In this document: piece by piece, positions 16,752 to 27,328 of the stretch
How the letters are laid out: each line of letters starts with the position of its first letter
How positions within the stretch are numbered: position 1 is the first letter of the stretch
Origin: Rhodospirillales bacterium
GTDB lineage: Bacteria; Pseudomonadota; Alphaproteobacteria; Rhodospirillales; UBA2165
Length of the DNA: 40,879 bases
Reading direction: 5' to 3'
NCBI GenBank assembly: GCA_016777585.1
Contig: JADHRD010000009.1
Coordinates: 1-40,879 of the forward strand
The notes under the pieces: generated by a model
Seen by the model: the letters and a program-made list of their open reading frames with translations, nothing else
Database searches by the model: none
Told to the model about the DNA's origin: nothing
Made by a program: the position numbers and the translations under genes

Positions 16752-17966
16752 ATGACAAAAGACATAATGGCCAAAACAAAAAATAGGTCACATTTTAAGC
16801 AATCAATGACTTTTTTGGCGCTCATCACTATGAGCCCTTTAATGGGTTGTTCTTTCTCATCAGATTATTTTCTCCCGTCGTTAAATGCTGAAGAACCATC
16901 GGGCAGAACACTAGTTAAATCGAATCAAACTAGTTCATCTAATCAAAAATCAACGATTAGCAGTAGTAGAGATATTTCCGTTCCAGTTCCTCAACAGCTA
17001 GTGATGGGCTCCTCGGAATTTAAGCCTAACGGCGTTACACCTGGAACAAAAACTGGAACGTTCGTCGGTAAAAAAGCAGTTGAGCTAAGAGGCGAATTAA
17101 AACGCCTTCAGCAGAGTGTATCAGAAAATAATTCTAAACTACAGAACATACGCGGAAAAACAGTAAGTGACTCTCAAAGATACCATGGGGCCGTCTCGGC
17201 TATTAATGCCCGACTTCAAGTCGGAACTACTCCAGGTAATCCTGTTTTGGTGCAACAGTTTAATCAAGCGTTATCCGACCTAAAAAGAATAGGGGATGAT
17301 ATTGCTAACATGAATCTTCTCACTTCAAGCGTAACGGACGACTCAACATTAGCAGCTTTCCTAGCAGAAAATACCCGCGCAGCTTTTAGACTCTCAGGCG
17401 CAATCGATCAGGATCATCAGCAATTAGCAATTTTAGAAGATGAAGTAAACCGAACCGTGGTTTTAATAGATCGGCTGCTTAAAGAACTGACTGAAGATAT
17501 TCAGCGCCAAACAGATTATGTGTCCACCGAGCGGAGTAATCTCAACACCTTATCTGCAGCCGTAAAGAGTGGTGAGTTAATGGGAGCGAGTTTATCGAAT
17601 AGAGCACTCACAGCCGCAACAAGCGGCAATCTTAATGGTCGCCGTACAACAAGAAACTTACCAAGTAGTAGGCCATTAGCAATTATTCGTTTTGATAGAG
17701 CTAACGTAGAATTTGATCAACCTCTATACAAAGCAGTTAGTAAGGCATTAGAGCAACGCCCTAATGCAACATTTGAATTAGTAGCTGTTGCGCCTTCGTC
17801 GGGCGGTACAGCACGTGTTGCGCTAAATTCTAATAAAGCTCGGAGAAATGCCGAGAACGTTATGCGCTCGTTACAACGGATGGGCCTACCCCCCCAAAGA
17901 ATAGCAATAACAGCTAGGACTAGTCGCTCGGCGCAAACAAATGAAGTACACCTGTACTTAAATTAA
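16752..17966 (+). CDS. Uncharacterised lipoprotein: lipobox, Ser/Thr-rich linker, long coiled-coil, divergent OmpA-like C-terminal domain
   Basis: Lipobox LMGC after a hydrophobic leader. S/T-rich 45-75. Heptad-like 100-280. C-terminus IIRFDRANVEFD...FELVAVAPSSGG...ARRNAENVMRSLQRMGLPPQRIAITAR resembles the OmpA/MotB RRAxxVxxyLxxxGxxxxrI core. Confidence 0.5.
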   Translation: MTKDIMAKTKNRSHFKQSMTFLALITMSPLMGCSFSSDYFLPSLNAEEPSGRTLVKSNQTSSSNQKSTISSSRDISVPVPQQLVMGSSEFKPNGVTPGTKTGTFVGKKAVELRGELKRLQQSVSENNSKLQNIRGKTVSDSQRYHGAVSAINARLQVGTTPGNPVLVQQFNQALSDLKRIGDDIANMNLLTSSVTDDSTLAAFLAENTRAAFRLSGAIDQDHQQLAILEDEVNRTVVLIDRLLKELTEDIQRQTDYVSTERSNLNTLSAAVKSGELMGASLSNRALTAATSGNLNGRRTTRNLPSSRPLAIIRFDRANVEFDQPLYKAVSKALEQRPNATFELVAVAPSSGGTARVALNSNKARRNAENVMRSLQRMGLPPQRIAITARTSRSAQTNEVHLYLN

Positions 17967-18026
17967 GAGAACATAAATTATATTTGATCTTTTAAGTTAT
18001 TCATTAAATAGCGTTTTTTTAAAAAA

Positions 18027-18935
18027 ATGAACCAACAACGTTTGTCGGTTGTTGGTTATTTGCTTCTAATAAGTGTAATAATTGGATGGGGTACCTCATG
18101 GCCTTTTTTGAAAATTGGGCTGTCCGAAATACCAGCATTAACATACAGAGGTCTAATAGCTCCATCTGCAGCAATTTTTATGTTCTCGGTAGGCATAATG
18201 CTCGGGAAAAATATGCGTGTTCCAAAAGGCCATCTAAAGTTTTTGATTCCAGTATCATTTTTTAATATTCTTTTATGGCATGTTTTTAGTGCGTGGGGTA
18301 TTAGTCTTTTAGAGTCAGGACAAGCATCTATAATTGCCTATACAATGCCATTATGGGCAGTAATTTTTAGCATTATTCTGAATAAGGAAAAACCTCATCT
18401 ACAATGCGTAATTGGCCTTATACTTGGTATTTTTGGACTTCTAGCGTTGGCGTTGGGAGATATTGGAATATTTAATATATCACCTTTAGGTTCAATAATG
18501 ATGCTAGTTGCGGCTATAAGTTGGGGTGCTGGAACAGCAATCCATAAAAGTGTACAATGGAAAATGCCAACAATAGCTTTGGCGGGTTGGCAACTCCTTA
18601 TAGGCGGGCTTCCTATTACAATAGCAGCTATATTTTTAGAATCTCACCTATGGCCCAATATCATTCATACAATTTCATTGGATGCAGTTTTATCGACACT
18701 CTTAGTACTGTGTTATCCAATTATTTTTTGCTGGTTTGCATGGTTTAAGATTGTAAGTGAGGTTCCTGTTTCCGTATCTGCGGTCTCCATAATGCTAGTT
18801 CCTGTAATTGGGGTTCTCAGCGGACATTTAATACTAGGCGAAAAAGTTGGTTTAAAAGAAATTGCAAGTTTAAGTCTTGTTTGTGGGGCTCTAGTCCTCG
18901 TCTTATTGCCACCTTTCAAAAAAAATATTAATTGA
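18027..18935 (+). CDS. DMT superfamily (EamA-like) transporter
   Basis: 10-TM hydrophobic profile, duplicated EamA-like halves, 302 aa. Confidence 0.65.
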   Translation: MNQQRLSVVGYLLLISVIIGWGTSWPFLKIGLSEIPALTYRGLIAPSAAIFMFSVGIMLGKNMRVPKGHLKFLIPVSFFNILLWHVFSAWGISLLESGQASIIAYTMPLWAVIFSIILNKEKPHLQCVIGLILGIFGLLALALGDIGIFNISPLGSIMMLVAAISWGAGTAIHKSVQWKMPTIALAGWQLLIGGLPITIAAIFLESHLWPNIIHTISLDAVLSTLLVLCYPIIFCWFAWFKIVSEVPVSVSAVSIMLVPVIGVLSGHLILGEKVGLKEIASLSLVCGALVLVLLPPFKKNIN

Positions 18936-19842
18936 CCCCAATGTTATCAATTAAGCGAGTATTACCAAGCCAAGCTGCACCTAATATTCTGGCATTAGGC
19001 GAAAAATTACCTAATTCCTTGAGGTTCTTGTCATCACAGATTTTTAGATAATCGATCTTTGTAAAGCCTGAATCAAGTAACTTAATCTTTGCATTATTTA
19101 GTATTTTTATTAATTGTTCTCCGTTTCTTACATTATCTAAAATTTCATTTAGCACCTTATAAAGTAGCGGTGCTACTAACCTTTCGTTATCACTTAGGTA
19201 TACGTTTCTAGAAGAAAGCGCTAAACCATCTTTTGACCTTATAATTGGGCAACCAACTATCTCCACTGGAATATTCAAGTCCTGTGCCATTTTCTCGATA
19301 ATTATTAACTGTTGATAATCCTTCTCTCCAAAGAAAGCGAGGTCTGGGGACGCAATCATAAACAGCTTGCAAACTATCGTAGCTACGCCAGTAAAAAAAT
19401 CTGGCCGAAATTCTCCTTCTAATAAATCACCAATATCTGGTAATGATATATTTGTTATGTTTCCTGATGGGTACATTTCTTCAGTTGAAGGCGCAAAAAT
19501 AATATCCACTGATAAATTCTCGAGAGCCTTTATATCAGAGAGCTCATTAGCCGGGTATTTATCAAAATCTTCGTTACGCCCAAACTGTTTAGGATTAACA
19601 AATAATGTGACTATTGTCCTATCTGATAATGACAAGGATTTTTTTATTAATGAGAAATGTCCTTCGTGAAGAGCTCCCATTGTTGGGACTAAGCCAACAT
19701 TGAGGTTATCATTACGCCAAAGCTTCAGAATATTTTTAACGTCACTTATAGTTCTGACTATTGTGATTGTACTTGGTATGTCATTTTCTAACATAGTAAT
19801 GCTCGCTTGAAGGAAAAGTTCTTGTTTTAACCTCATCCGCAT
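18928..19842 (-). CDS. panC: Pantoate--beta-alanine ligase. The true start is probably downstream (e.g. Met17 at 19794), because VPTMG lies at residue 53.
   Basis: [11 protein letters not shown] motif. Confidence 0.8.
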   Translation of the reverse strand: MRMRLKQELFLQASITMLENDIPSTITIVRTISDVKNILKLWRNDNLNVGLVPTMGALHEGHFSLIKKSLSLSDRTIVTLFVNPKQFGRNEDFDKYPANELSDIKALENLSVDIIFAPSTEEMYPSGNITNISLPDIGDLLEGEFRPDFFTGVATIVCKLFMIASPDLAFFGEKDYQQLIIIEKMAQDLNIPVEIVGCPIIRSKDGLALSSRNVYLSDNERLVAPLLYKVLNEILDNVRNGEQLIKILNNAKIKLLDSGFTKIDYLKICDDKNLKELGNFSPNARILGAAWLGNTRLIDNIGVN

Positions 19843-20635
19843 ACTGTTTAACTGCTAAATTAATTTCTTCACCAACTTCCGCAAACCTTTTAACAAATTT
19901 TGGCGTAAAATCAGAGAACATACCAATAGCATCTTCAGTTACTAATACTTGGCCGTCGCATTCTGCTGAAGCGCCAATACCAATCGTCACAGTAGGAATT
20001 TCACGAGTAATTTCTTCAGCTAAATCGGGTTTAACGCCCTCAATAACGATTGCAAATGCACCTGCACGAGAAATACTTTCAGCATCTTCCTTAATCTTTA
20101 AAGCCTCGGAGGAGTCAAAACCATGCGGTCGAAAACCACCATTAATGTTAACTGACTGCGGTTTCAAGCCGATGTGTCCCATTACCGGAATACCCCTCTC
20201 AGTTAGGAACTTAACTGTATCTGCCATTTCAACACCACCTTCTATTTTCACAGCAGCACACCCAGTCTCAATCATCACTCGGGCACAATTCCGATATGCT
20301 GTAGATTGGCTTTCCTGATAACTTCCAAAAGGCATGTCAACAATAATACACGCGTGATTAGATGCACGTACAACCGCAGCACCATGATTTATCATCATAT
20401 CAAGTGTAACAGTCAGTGTTGACTCCATTCCATAAAGAACCATTCCTAGTGAGTCGCCCACTAATAAAAAATCGCAGTACGGATCAAGTATCTTTGTCAT
20501 TGGGGCGGTATAAGCAGTCAGGCTTACGATTGGCTCGCCATTCTTTCGACTTGCAATATCTGGCACGGTTACCCTTTTAATTTTTGGGGTATTATTTATA
20601 CTTGTACTCATAAAATTATTCCTATTTAAATCCAA
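19781..20635 (-). CDS. panB: 3-methyl-2-oxobutanoate hydroxymethyltransferase
   Basis: Typical PanB motifs ([27 protein letters not shown]). Confidence 0.85.
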   Translation of the reverse strand: MDLNRNNFMSTSINNTPKIKRVTVPDIASRKNGEPIVSLTAYTAPMTKILDPYCDFLLVGDSLGMVLYGMESTLTVTLDMMINHGAAVVRASNHACIIVDMPFGSYQESQSTAYRNCARVMIETGCAAVKIEGGVEMADTVKFLTERGIPVMGHIGLKPQSVNINGGFRPHGFDSSEALKIKEDAESISRAGAFAIVIEGVKPDLAEEITREIPTVTIGIGASAECDGQVLVTEDAIGMFSDFTPKFVKRFAEVGEEINLAVKQYADEVKTRTFPSSEHYYVRK

Positions 20636-20810
20636 AGATTATGCTTAATATATCAGAGGGTGAGCTGACAGTCATGTATACAATCATAAATTTAAACGTA
20701 ACTAGTTGTAATCCTAGAAGGTTAATTCTTGAGATACTATGAATAAATAGTGCATGATAAGAGTAAAATTATAATTTTTTGCAAACTTAAAACTGGCTTC
20801 AAGTATTGGT

Positions 20811-22742
20811 ATGATTATGAAACATAACAAAATATCCATTATTCAGCGAATACCTTATGTAATATTTTTAACCTTAATAGTTAATGGTTGCCAAAATAAC
20901 CAAATAGTTAAAAACCATTCTAACCAAGAGAACCTAGCTAAAACCCTCACCCAGAAATTATCAGAAGTTAAACCAAAAGATAGCAATACTCATAATCTGC
21001 CTCATAGTAGTGAGAAAAATAACAATGATATGGCAAGGTCTAACCTTGAACCTATTAGAAAATTATTTAAAAAAACAATCAAACCCAAGTATAAATCTCA
21101 TAAGACTCGAGCTATATTATCAAAAAAATATATGGTGGCAGCGGCAAACCCCCTAGCTGCAGAGGCCGGATTATCAATATTGCGGGCTGGTGGAAGTGCT
21201 GTTGATGCTGCAATCGCAACACAGTTGGCATTAAACGTCGTTGAGCCTCAATCATCCGGTATTGGGGGAGGGGCATTTTTAATGCACTACCATTCTCGCT
21301 CGCGGAAAATTGAAGCTTATGATGGAAGAGAAACGGCACCAGCAGCAGCAACACCAGATATGTTTCTAACTGCAGAAGGCTCCAGAGCTAAGTTTCACGA
21401 CGTGGTTCCCGGCGGATTATCGGTTGGTATTCCTGGAGTTCTCAGAATGTTAGAGCTTGCCCATAAGGCTCATGGGAAGCTGCCATGGAATCGATTATTT
21501 GAACCCGCCATTAAATTAGCGGAAGAAGGATTTAAAATATCACCACGCTTATTCGCGTTACTTCGGATCGATCGACATTTAAAAAAATTTGGTCCAACAA
21601 AAAATTTATTTTTTGACGCAAAAGGATATACAAAACCAATAGGAACAGTTTTAACAAACCAAACTCTCGCACAGACTTTTCGGCTGATCGCCAAAGGAGG
21701 TGCTGAAGCTTTTTACACCGGAGAGATAGCTATTGACATTGTCAAAGCAATCCAAAAAACATCAATTAATCCGGGAAGAATGGTGCTTTCAGATCTAGCA
21801 AACTACAAGGCTAAAAAGCGAGAACCCGTATGTTTATTTTATAAAATCTGGCTAATTTGTGGAATGCCCCCGCCAACCTCTGGAGGAATTACAACTCTGC
21901 AAATACTCGGTATTTTACAAAATAAAAAAATTGAAACCCTACAGCCAACTTCAATTGAGAGCGTTCACCTTATAACTGAAGCAAGCAAGCTTGCATTCGC
22001 AGATCGGAATAAATATTTGGCAGATCAGGATTTTATAGATATTCCAGTAAACACTCTTCTAGACCCAGGTTATTTACTTAAAAGATCACAATTGATAACA
22101 AAATCAAAAACAATGGGTAGGGCTAAGGCGGGCCGAATTAAATATAAGAATTCGGAACGATTAACCGAACACCAGTCTAACGAGGGTAAGTCGACTTCCC
22201 ATTTTAGTATTGTTGATTCAGAGGGAAATGCTGTTTCAATGACATCAAGCGTGGAGAATGCTTTTGGATCAAGAATTCTTGTTAGAGGTTTTCTTCTAAA
22301 CAATCAATTAACTGATTTTTCTTTTCGGCCAACCATAAATGGCAAACCTGTCGCAAATAGAGTTCAACCAAACAAACGTCCCCGTTCCTCAATGAGTCCC
22401 ATTCTAGTTGTTGACGGAAGTGGAAAATTTTTAATGGCAATAGGGTCTCCTGGTGGTTCGAGAATAATTGGATATGTAGCAAAGACATTAATCGCAACCT
22501 TGGACTGGAAAATGAACATACAGGCAGCGATTGACCTTCCCCATTTTATTAACCGAAATGGTATAACTGATCTCGAGAAAGAAACAAAATTAGAATTGCT
22601 TGCAGATAAACTTCAAGAAATGGGCCATTCTGTAAAAATCCGTAAATTGACGAGTGGCCTTCACGGTATCTTAGACCATAAAGATGGAACTTTATCTGGC
22701 GGAGCGGATCATAGAAGAGAGGGAGTTGCTGTTGGAGACTAA
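20811..22742 (+). CDS. ggt: Gamma-glutamyltransferase with an N-terminal lipoprotein-like leader and an about 80-aa low-complexity linker
   Basis: GGGAFLM, the autoprocessing-site region TSHFSIVDSEGNAVSMTSSVE, GSPGGSRII. Confidence 0.85.
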   Translation: MIMKHNKISIIQRIPYVIFLTLIVNGCQNNQIVKNHSNQENLAKTLTQKLSEVKPKDSNTHNLPHSSEKNNNDMARSNLEPIRKLFKKTIKPKYKSHKTRAILSKKYMVAAANPLAAEAGLSILRAGGSAVDAAIATQLALNVVEPQSSGIGGGAFLMHYHSRSRKIEAYDGRETAPAAATPDMFLTAEGSRAKFHDVVPGGLSVGIPGVLRMLELAHKAHGKLPWNRLFEPAIKLAEEGFKISPRLFALLRIDRHLKKFGPTKNLFFDAKGYTKPIGTVLTNQTLAQTFRLIAKGGAEAFYTGEIAIDIVKAIQKTSINPGRMVLSDLANYKAKKREPVCLFYKIWLICGMPPPTSGGITTLQILGILQNKKIETLQPTSIESVHLITEASKLAFADRNKYLADQDFIDIPVNTLLDPGYLLKRSQLITKSKTMGRAKAGRIKYKNSERLTEHQSNEGKSTSHFSIVDSEGNAVSMTSSVENAFGSRILVRGFLLNNQLTDFSFRPTINGKPVANRVQPNKRPRSSMSPILVVDGSGKFLMAIGSPGGSRIIGYVAKTLIATLDWKMNIQAAIDLPHFINRNGITDLEKETKLELLADKLQEMGHSVKIRKLTSGLHGILDHKDGTLSGGADHRREGVAVGD

Positions 22743-22810
22743 CAGTAACTAATTTTTTTAGGTAGATATATTTTTATAACAAGAATGATTTCTTTTTTAG
22801 TTAAGCATCG

Positions 22811-22839
22811 TTGACTAAAGCTATATAAGAAAGTATATA
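22811..22839 (+). promoter_or_regulatory. Sigma-70-like promoter for the rpmH-rnpA-yidD-yidC-engB cluster: TTGACT -17 nt- TATATA
   Basis: Hexamers read directly about 85 nt upstream of the rpmH GTG. GGAGAG RBS at 22915-22920. Confidence 0.4.
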
Positions 22840-22925
22840 CCCGTCTTATTGATAGTTTGTTTGTACGTAGTTAGAATGTATTGTGGTAAGCTTTATTGCA
22901 ATATTGAACTTTATGGAGAGATTTA

Positions 22926-23060
22926 GTGAAAAGAACTTTTCAGCCTAGCAATCTTGTTCGAAAGCGCCGGCACGGCTTCCGTTCGAGGATGGCATCCGCT
23001 AACGGTAGACGGCTCCTAGCAAGACGCAGACTAAAAGGACGAAAAAGCCTTTCAGCTTAA
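22926..23060 (+). CDS. rpmH: 50S ribosomal protein L34 (GTG start; absent from the ORF track because it is short and starts non-ATG)
   Basis: Translation [44 protein letters not shown], 44 aa, is canonical L34. Confidence 0.9.
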   Translation: MKRTFQPSNLVRKRRHGFRSRMASANGRRLLARRRLKGRKSLSA

Positions 23061-23093
23061 TGTAGCATTGTTGTTTTCCAAGGGGTTTTTAGC

Positions 23094-23471
23094 TTGGCCC
23101 GAAAAAATGAAAACCAATTATTAAATACAATAAAGAAACGAGCTGACTTCTTAAAAGCATCTAAAACACGCTGTAAATATGTAGCCCCCAGTTTGATTGT
23201 ACAATCCCGAGAACATACTAGTGATGAAATAAAGATAATTGGCAGTCTGTCATCGAGGGTTGGGTTTACCGTGAGCAAAAAAGTTGGTAACTCTGTGGTT
23301 AGAAACCGTGTTAAAAGAAGATTACGTGCAGCTGCAAGAAGTTTAATGCCCAAATACTCAATGCCAAACCATGACATAGTTATTATTGGGCGAAAAAAAG
23401 CTGTTGAAAAGACATTCACAGAGATCTCAATCGATCTTAAGAAAGCTCTATTAAACCTTAGTCATCAATAG
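23094..23471 (+). CDS. rnpA: Ribonuclease P protein component
   Basis: Basic 125-aa protein with VVRNRVKRRLR and FTVSKKVG motifs, immediately after rpmH. Confidence 0.85.
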   Translation: MARKNENQLLNTIKKRADFLKASKTRCKYVAPSLIVQSREHTSDEIKIIGSLSSRVGFTVSKKVGNSVVRNRVKRRLRAAARSLMPKYSMPNHDIVIIGRKKAVEKTFTEISIDLKKALLNLSHQ

Positions 23472-23479
23472 GCAAAAAA

Positions 23480-23740
23480 ATGAAGTTTATAGGCAATCTT
23501 ACAAAAACAATATTGTTAGGCTTAATATGGGTTTACAGACTCTTTATTTCTCCAATATTACCCATAACATGCAGGCATCTTCCAACCTGTTCACAATATG
23601 GCACTGAATCAATTAATTTACACGGCCCCATGATTGGGCTTTACTTAACTTTTAAGCGAGTTTTCCGCTGTCACCCTTGGGGAACGAGTGGTTACGATCC
23701 AGTTCCATTGAAAACAACCACCAAATTGTATAAAAAATAA
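23480..23740 (+). CDS. yidD: Membrane protein insertion efficiency factor YidD
   Basis: CRHLPTCSQYG...FRCHPWGTSGYDPVP. Confidence 0.85.
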   Translation: MKFIGNLTKTILLGLIWVYRLFISPILPITCRHLPTCSQYGTESINLHGPMIGLYLTFKRVFRCHPWGTSGYDPVPLKTTTKLYKK

Positions 23741-23874
23741 GATAAAGACGGTTGCACAGCCTTACTCGGACAGATATACATCGCGGAATTTTTTTACTCA
23801 TCAATGGAATGTTGATTAGCAAAAGGGATGATGTGTTTGGCCTTTTTTAAGATTAAAGTGGAATTAGTATCGTC

Positions 23875-25647
23875 ATGGAACAAAAAAACCTACTTCTAGC
23901 TATCATACTATCGGCCATTATTATGGTTGGTTTTCAGTGGTACAGTGCAAGTCAGCGGCCAGATCAATCACAACAAAATACAGCAAATAATAAAACAGCC
24001 CCGATATCATCCATGCCTAGTCTTCCCGGAACACCAGAGACCATACCGGGTCTACCATCTAAATCAACAGGATCATCAATACCCGTTCCAGGTGGAATAT
24101 CTGAGCTAAAGCCAGTAGAAGTTCTTAAAAACATTAAAGCTAAATCACCAAGAATAAATATTAGATCAGATCGAGTCAGAGGCTCAATTTCATTAGTTGG
24201 AGCTAAGATAGATGATCTTGTTCTTAATAACTATAAAGAAACTATTGAGGCAGATAGCAAAAATATTACCTTACTACTTCCCTTTGGAAGTTCTAATCCT
24301 TATTTTGCCGACTTTGGCTGGGTATCAGCTAACACTGAAGTACCTGATACAAAAACCAAGTGGAACACATCAAATGACGTTTTAAGTCCTGAAACCCCAG
24401 TAACACTATGGTGGCAGAATTCCGATGGAGTAAAATTTATTCAAGAAATTTCGTTGGATCCAAATTTTATGTTCACAGTAAAACAGCGGGTCGAGAATAC
24501 AGGATCTAAAACAGCTACTGTTTTTCCATTTGGTAGAATACAGCGAAATGGCACTCCAGAAATCACAGATTTTTATATTTTACATGAAGGGATGTTGGGA
24601 ATTTTCGATGGGGTGCTGACCGAAATAGATTATGATGACATCCAAGAAACAAAAAAAATTGAAAATAAATCTAAAGGTGGATGGATTGGAATTACGGACA
24701 AATACTGGTTAACAGCGCTAATACCTGATCAAGTTTCAACGGTTGATACGCGGTTTAAATCAGATCGATCGCAAAATAGGACAGATATATATCAAGTAGA
24801 TTTTAGAGGTGAAGCGCAAATAATTTCAGCTGGAACGTCCTCTCAAACGAGTAGTAGATTCTTCGCAGGGGCAAAAGAAGCTCAATTAATAGTTGATTAC
24901 AGAGACGAGTTAAACATAACGAGATTTGATTTAGCAATCGATTGGGGTTGGTTTGAATTCTTAACAAAACCAATTTTCTTTGCTTTAGTGTATTTTACCG
25001 AATATTTGGGGAATATGGGTTTATCAATTCTTCTACTGACGGTATTGATAAAACTAGCATTTTTTCCATTGGCCAATAAATCTTACCGAGCCATGGGTAA
25101 AATGAAGATATTGCAGCCTGAAATGATGAAAATCAGAGACCGTTTTAAAGATGACAAAGCACGAATGAACCAAGAAGTAATGCAGCTCTATAAGCGAGAA
25201 AAAGCTAATCCAGCTGCTGGGTGCCTCCCAATTCTACCTCAGATTCCAGTCTTTTTTGCTTTATATAAAGTGGTTTTCGTAACGATTGAATTACGTCACG
25301 CACCCTTTTATGGTTGGATACACGACTTATCGGCAGCAGACCCCCTGACACCTTTTAATTTTTTTGGTTTAATAGACTGGTCACCTCCAGAAATTATAGC
25401 TATTGGTATTTGGCCTATTATCATGGGAGTAACGATGTATGCTCAACAAAAGTTAAATCCCCCTCCACCAGATCCTATGCAAGCAAAGATCTTTATGTTT
25501 CTTCCAATCATGTTCACATTTATGTTAGCAAGATTTCCAGCTGGTTTAGTAATTTACTGGGCTTGGAACAATTTACTTTCAGTTCTCCAACAATATGTGA
25601 TCATGCGACAGGCTGGGGCTCAGATAGGTAACCCCAAAAAGAGCTAA
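23875..25647 (+). CDS. yidC: Membrane protein insertase YidC (with a Pro/Ser-rich insertion in the N-terminal periplasmic region)
   Basis: N-terminal TM, large periplasmic domain, C-terminal 5-TM core with KLAFFPLANKSYRAMGKM, LYKREKANP and AWNNLLSVLQQ. Confidence 0.9.
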   Translation: MEQKNLLLAIILSAIIMVGFQWYSASQRPDQSQQNTANNKTAPISSMPSLPGTPETIPGLPSKSTGSSIPVPGGISELKPVEVLKNIKAKSPRINIRSDRVRGSISLVGAKIDDLVLNNYKETIEADSKNITLLLPFGSSNPYFADFGWVSANTEVPDTKTKWNTSNDVLSPETPVTLWWQNSDGVKFIQEISLDPNFMFTVKQRVENTGSKTATVFPFGRIQRNGTPEITDFYILHEGMLGIFDGVLTEIDYDDIQETKKIENKSKGGWIGITDKYWLTALIPDQVSTVDTRFKSDRSQNRTDIYQVDFRGEAQIISAGTSSQTSSRFFAGAKEAQLIVDYRDELNITRFDLAIDWGWFEFLTKPIFFALVYFTEYLGNMGLSILLLTVLIKLAFFPLANKSYRAMGKMKILQPEMMKIRDRFKDDKARMNQEVMQLYKREKANPAAGCLPILPQIPVFFALYKVVFVTIELRHAPFYGWIHDLSAADPLTPFNFFGLIDWSPPEIIAIGIWPIIMGVTMYAQQKLNPPPPDPMQAKIFMFLPIMFTFMLARFPAGLVIYWAWNNLLSVLQQYVIMRQAGAQIGNPKKS

Positions 25648-25649
25648 TT

Positions 25650-26300
25650 ATGAATAAGGCTGAAACTGAATTGGTTAAAGATTATAATCTTGAGGCCGGC
25701 AGAGTTCTTTTCACCCAAAAATGTGATTTTATGATTAGCGCGGCTTCTTATGAGCAATTGCCGGAGACAAACCTGCCAGAGATTGCTTTTGCGGGTAGAT
25801 CGAATGTTGGTAAATCGAGCCTTCTTAACAGTCTGACAGGCCACAAGAATATAGCCAGAACATCAAATACTCCTGGTCGTACTCAGCAAATTAATTTCTT
25901 TAATTTAGGAGAAAAACTCATATTAACCGACCTACCGGGGTATGGATATGCCAGAGCACAGCGGTCGGCGGTAGATAAATGGACACTACTGGTGAATTCC
26001 TATATAAAAGGTCGTGCCCAGCTTAGGCGTGTTTGCTTGTTAATTGATTCACGTCATGGAATAAAAAGCACAGATTTAGAAGCAATGTCTTTAATGGACT
26101 CGGCGGCCATTGTATATCAGGTCATTTTTACCAAATGTGATAAAGTTAAGAAAGAAGAACTAAAAAATAAGTTGGAAAGTACTTATCAGCTTTTATCAAA
26201 ACACGTTGCGGCCCATCCAAGTATTATGGTAACAAGCTCATTCAAATTACAGGGTATAGAAGAGTTGCGGGCTACTCTATCAGAGCTAACAATTAGATGA
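25650..26300 (+). CDS. engB: Ribosome biogenesis GTPase YihA/EngB
   Basis: GRSNVGKSSLLN G1 motif, DLPGYG G3 motif, TKCDK G4 motif. Confidence 0.85.
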   Translation: MNKAETELVKDYNLEAGRVLFTQKCDFMISAASYEQLPETNLPEIAFAGRSNVGKSSLLNSLTGHKNIARTSNTPGRTQQINFFNLGEKLILTDLPGYGYARAQRSAVDKWTLLVNSYIKGRAQLRRVCLLIDSRHGIKSTDLEAMSLMDSAAIVYQVIFTKCDKVKKEELKNKLESTYQLLSKHVAAHPSIMVTSSFKLQGIEELRATLSELTIR

Positions 26301-26368
26301 GTACAAGTTATAAAAGTTAATACGATCATATAATATTCAAAATGGAATATTAATACGGAACTTAAATT

Positions 26369-27277
26369 ATGGATGAAAATAAAAAAGAAGCAAAAGAGAG
26401 CCCACTAGCTCAGGCGGCAATCTTAGGTGAAGCTTTGCCCTATATGCGTCGTCATTCTGGAGAAACTTTTGTAATCAAATATGGTGGCCATGCGATGGGG
26501 GATCCCTCATTAGCAAGTATATTTGCCAATGATATAGTTTTATTGGAACACGTCGGCATTAATCCGATCGTCGTTCATGGTGGAGGGCCCCAAATTGCAA
26601 GTATGTTGGACAGATTAAAAATCCAATCATCCTTTATTGATGGCCTTCGTGTCACTGACGCTGCCACCGTTGAAGTTGTTGAAATGGTTCTCGCTGGAAA
26701 CATTAATAAACAGATATCAGCAGCGATAAACAACGCGGGGGGCTCTGCTGTTGGTCTATGTGGAAAAGACGGCAACTTAATTAGGGCTAATAAAGCAAGA
26801 AGGACCCGACAGGACCCTGATTCTAACATAGAAAAAATATTAGACTTAGGTTTTGTTGGCGAACCAAAAGAAATTTCAACGCATATTTTAGAAGTATTCA
26901 AAGAAACTGATATTATTCCGGTGATTGCACCAATTGGTGTTGGAGATAAAGGAGAAACTTACAATATAAACGCTGACACTGCGGCAGGAGCAATCGCCTC
27001 GGCAATGGCAGCGAGCAGGCTTCTACTGTTAACAGATATTGAGGGGGTTTTAGATGAAAATGGCAAATTAATACAAAAAATGGACGCCAAAAGAGCCCAA
27101 AAGTTAATTGAAGAAGGCGTTATAGATGGGGGGATGATTCCCAAAATAGAGACATGTCTGGAGGCCGTTAACAATGGAGTTGATGCAGCTGTCATTATCG
27201 ATGGACGAGTTCCACATGCCTTACTGCTAGAACTATTTACTGAACATGGGGCTGGAACCCTGATAGAGGCCAATTAA
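26369..27277 (+). CDS. argB: Acetylglutamate kinase
   Basis: [18 protein letters not shown], typical AAK-fold motifs; 302 aa. Confidence 0.85.
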   Translation: MDENKKEAKESPLAQAAILGEALPYMRRHSGETFVIKYGGHAMGDPSLASIFANDIVLLEHVGINPIVVHGGGPQIASMLDRLKIQSSFIDGLRVTDAATVEVVEMVLAGNINKQISAAINNAGGSAVGLCGKDGNLIRANKARRTRQDPDSNIEKILDLGFVGEPKEISTHILEVFKETDIIPVIAPIGVGDKGETYNINADTAAGAIASAMAASRLLLLTDIEGVLDENGKLIQKMDAKRAQKLIEEGVIDGGMIPKIETCLEAVNNGVDAAVIIDGRVPHALLLELFTEHGAGTLIEAN

Positions 27278-27328
27278 GAACCGGTATTATAAAACTTAAT
27301 TAATAATTGTTATTCAGAACGGCACCCA

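Noticed and set aside
23057-23419. 120-aa minus-strand ORF overlapping rnpA
   Set aside because: It is antisense to rnpA, which has canonical RNase P protein motifs. There is no RBS and the translation is of shadow-ORF character.
26575-27273. Two minus-strand ORFs (108 and 104 aa) inside argB
   Set aside because: They are antisense shadows of the highly conserved argB ORF, with Ala/Ser/Pro-rich low-complexity translations.
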